From Selaginella moellendorffii (lineage: Eukaryota; Plantae; Lycopodiophyta), in NCBI RefSeq assembly GCF_000143415.4, contig NW_003314267.1, forward strand, positions 3,786,446-3,850,445: a stretch of DNA of 64,000 nucleotides, given 5' to 3'. The notes beneath the pieces were generated by a model. The model was not told the origin of the DNA, ran no database searches, and saw nothing but the letters and a program-made list of their open reading frames with translations. Positions 60,880 to 64,000 of the stretch are shown here, one piece after another; the stretch's first letter is position 1, and the number at the start of each line of letters is the position of its first letter. The translations under genes were made by a program, and so were the position numbers.

Positions 60880-63800
60880 TCACATTTCCATGCTGTTGTC
60901 CTCCTCAGCTACAAGCTCCAGTCCTTTCCCCATCCTCAGCGCCATCACCATGGCTTCCCCTGCTTCCGGAAAGTCCTCGTGCTCCGCCAGCACCTCATTC
61001 ACCGAGCTTGCACTGTCTGGCTCGGCCCTTCGACTGCTGGCGTCGATCTCTCGAAAAAGTGGTAGAGTCTCCTCGAACGGTGTGCCAATTACAAACGCCG
61101 AGCCCCCGTAACAGTACTTTGACGTTGCGTAGAGGGCAGTTGCCTTGAGAGCTTCGTACTGCTGTTGGTCATTCCAGCATTCCTCGTCCGAGAGCTGCCT
61201 CATTTTCAGCCAGTCGTCTTGATCAGCAAGCTTCAGCCATGCGGCCTCCAAAAGGCTCTTGTTCCCTCTTCTGAAAAAATTCCCGACAGCGCGAAAACCT
61301 CCAGAGAACGTAGAACCAGTTCCTTGTGGCCACTGTTCAGGCACGCTTCGACGAGCTGCAGCGGTGACAGAACTTCGGTAGAAGTTGCAATCCCCAACTC
61401 AGCAGCAGCTTCCTGTCCCAGTGGAAAAGAATTCAAGGAAACGTAAACAAGTTGGTTGTAGACAGACCTGAACAGCGAAAATTCCAAGATCTGCTTCGAT
61501 CTGAATCGACTTGTCAACAGCTCCACGCTTCCAGCCTGAAAGTACGGACACACATAATCACGTTCGGAAAGCTTGTGACAGTGCTACATACCTGCAAGTG
61601 CCGACAGTTCTGCCAGATATAAAAGCTTTCGTCGGGCAGATAGAGTAAAACCGGACGTCGGTTTTTCGTCCTGAATGATCGGGATATTCAAGTCGCTGCT
61701 CGAGAGAGCCAAGTGATGGATGGTATCTGACGCAGCAGTGAATCTCTTGAGGAAGAAATCATGGAGCCAGGAAAGAGATTTCTTGTCCCGAAGAAAGGAC
61801 GCAAGGTCTTCTGCAAACTCTTCTCCCAACACAGTTATAGCAGCTCGTACGTCAGGTGATGTGAACAGTAAAAGCAGGCACTCACCATAAGTTTGGGCAG
61901 GCAATCCATGTCATTGAGATCGATGCATATTTCCCAAAGTGTCTGATAGCCTGCATGACGGCCAAAAGCGACGAATACCGATCTCGCAGCACTTCCAGCC
62001 GTTTCTGCTCCCCCGCGTCGGCGCTTTCAGCGTGCTACACACCAAATACGACGTTAGTTAGAGCCATGTATGTCACACAACTGATCTTTACCTGAGAAGC
62101 CAGTTCGGCTGCTTCTCTTTCATGCTGTTAAAGAGTCAGTAGAAGGCTATGACGTCTGCTCCAGTACTCGAGTTGCAAGCCTCGGTACTCCTCGTCGCGC
62201 TCTATCTTGGCCAAAATAGCACCGGCATAGCCTTCGAGAAGAACATCGGCTATATCAGCAAGAGATACCATCACCTTTTCCTTTGACTGGACGTCCATAA
62301 GATGAGTCGCCAGTCGCCATAATCGGGAACGCACTGTTTACCAGGGCGTCAAGCCCTCTGGCGACGGATACCATGTCTGTTGTGTATCTCTGTACTGAAT
62401 GCCAGCTCTAACAGCAGAGGAGCAGGCGTCGGCAACCTCGCATAAGCGTTCGGTTTGTGACTTCAGTGACATCTCCTGCCCGATTATAGCTTGACTGTGT
62501 TCATTGATGCAACCGAAAAGCTCTTCTATGTCTGATCCCCGCGTAAGAAACACCTCCATCTTTTCCTTCACATTCTTCCTGCGAGCTTTCTCTCCGACTA
62601 GCTGAATTGTATCCCAGAGAGCTCCAGTAATCTCAGCTTCTTCTGCTTCACCACGGCTCTGGCCAGGAGCTCGAGAGTTGTACGTGTCCTTGATCTTTAG
62701 CAACGCAGCAAGTTTCTCACCATGCTCCAGGATCGTGTGCAGACTACTCCCTGGTCAAGACGTTGTTCAGCAGCCAAAAACGGAGAGAGAAACTTAATAC
62801 ACGGACTTACTTCGTTGGTGCCGAAGGACCTCATGACATTTAGAAGCTGCGAGAAAATTCAGATACTGTTGATGGCGCTTTTATTTCTCAGTAAGTTGCG
62901 AAGTAATGGCCATCGTGGCTGCACCTCCAGCTCCACCCGAAGCCCAATGCTTGGCTATTGTATCGACAATTGACTTGCTGAAGCGAGCGAAAATATTCAT
63001 TTCGCCTTCGTCATCGAATGCTCCGGTCTTCTGTAGCTTCTCAAAGACCGCGATCACTTGCCGAGTAGTCAGATAATGTTGAAATTGCTGACCGACTGTT
63101 GCCTCTGCTTCTTCATCTTGGAGAAGACGTTGAGTGGAATTCCTTGTCAGGACTTTTCCCACACCATCCGTGCTTTCGACTGCTAATCGTCGCCTCTGCT
63201 CCTTGACGGACTCGTCTTTAGCACTGCCTTTCCGCGAGAGGCTCCTTTCCGGTGGCTCAACAGCACCAAGCAGCACAGCTCTTTCAGGAATCCCCCACAC
63301 TCCTGCTTTCTCGGTCAAAACAAGCTAAGCGCCTTCGTCGCTGTCATCCACCGAAGGTACCACAGAAGCGTCTAAAACTCTGCCGGCATCCCATGCAAGA
63401 TCGAACTGGTATAGCCGACCAACGCCGTGTAAGTAATGAGAGATCGTTGCGGTGCCATCACCTGCAAGAACCATGGCTGAACCGGCAGGCTTTCCACCAA
63501 CTCGGAGCTGCATCGAATACAGAACTCCTCCACCTCTACTCGAGCCTTCGGTAAGATAACTCGTGCTGGAGCTAAAGTGAGCATGAAGTACTGCATGTAA
63601 CTGGAGCTCGTGACTCGATCCTTGGATAAAGATGCCGCTAGCACCGTCAGGTTCTTCTCCGCAGTAACTTGCAAATCGAGAAGCCACACTTGTTTCTGAC
63701 TCGTTAGATCCTTTAAAACCTCCGCGTCTTCGGAGATATCGTAAGCCCAGGCCTTTGAGAGCTGACCACCTTTCACTAACTGCACGTCCCAGCACTCGAT

Positions 63801-64000
63801 CCCCCTGGGAGTCAGCAGTAAAAGCTCCTCCCGTGACCACCACACGAGGGAACGGACTATGCCACTGTTGTTGAAATCGAAAGGCCCAAAGTTGTCGCTC
63901 TCCCCACGAACCTCAGCATTTACAGACCGCCAGGAAATCCCAGACACGGAGCAGTCGAACCTCCATAAGTTCCCCAAGCAGCTGGCGATGGCTACGCATT
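60880..64000 (-). pseudogene. NUP133: Nucleoporin NUP133 unprocessed pseudogene (5' end beyond window)
   Basis: Plant Nup133 signatures VILPKARVE..LYSMQLRVGGKP.GS, LTEKAGVWGIPERAVLLG.VEPPERSLSRKGS, SKSIVDT.AKHW. Introns at 61536-61591, 62035-62091, 62751-62810. Stops at 63325 (TAG), 62881, 62338 and 62128 (TAA); frameshifts near 63522 and 61275. Confidence 0.9.

Noticed and set aside
60880-64000. Stops in NUP133 or the transposase repaired by U-to-C editing from the nearby PPR-DYW
   Set aside because: PPR editing acts on organellar RNA. NUP133 also has frameshifts and a TGG>TAG change, and C>T decay explains the other stops.

Overview
Plant nuclear DNA, most consistent with a lycophyte such as Selaginella (inferred from 54-60 nt GT-AG introns, PLS-DYW PPR gene style and TTTAGGG repeats). 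(1) 1-42206 is a young tandem segmental triplication: unit A ..14929, unit B 14930-32717, unit C 32718-42206. Its junction cuts a PLS-E-DYW PPR pseudogene inside the DYW domain. Across the units there are two identical intact MiAMP1-type antimicrobial-peptide genes, NUP133 and DevT-like gene fragments, nested LTR elements and a ~570-bp-arm inverted repeat. (2) ~44900-53450 is the most unusual part, a decayed DNA-transposon-like element. It has a 927-codon Sola1/DUF7869-like transposase frame and a divergently oriented, intron-containing ParB/Srx(DGQHR-like)-fold gene. It also has ~20 dispersed copies of a 22-bp palindrome (consensus ATGGCATGAGGCCTCATGCCAT) confined to the element, a spacerless 192-bp hairpin, permuted direct repeats and a (TTTAGGG)4 tract. 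(3) 54400-64000 holds MiAMP1 relics either side of a degenerate Ty3/Gypsy element (176-bp LTRs, AAGC TSD) and an unprocessed NUP133 pseudogene running off the window. Family assignments come from motif recognition by eye, not database searches.
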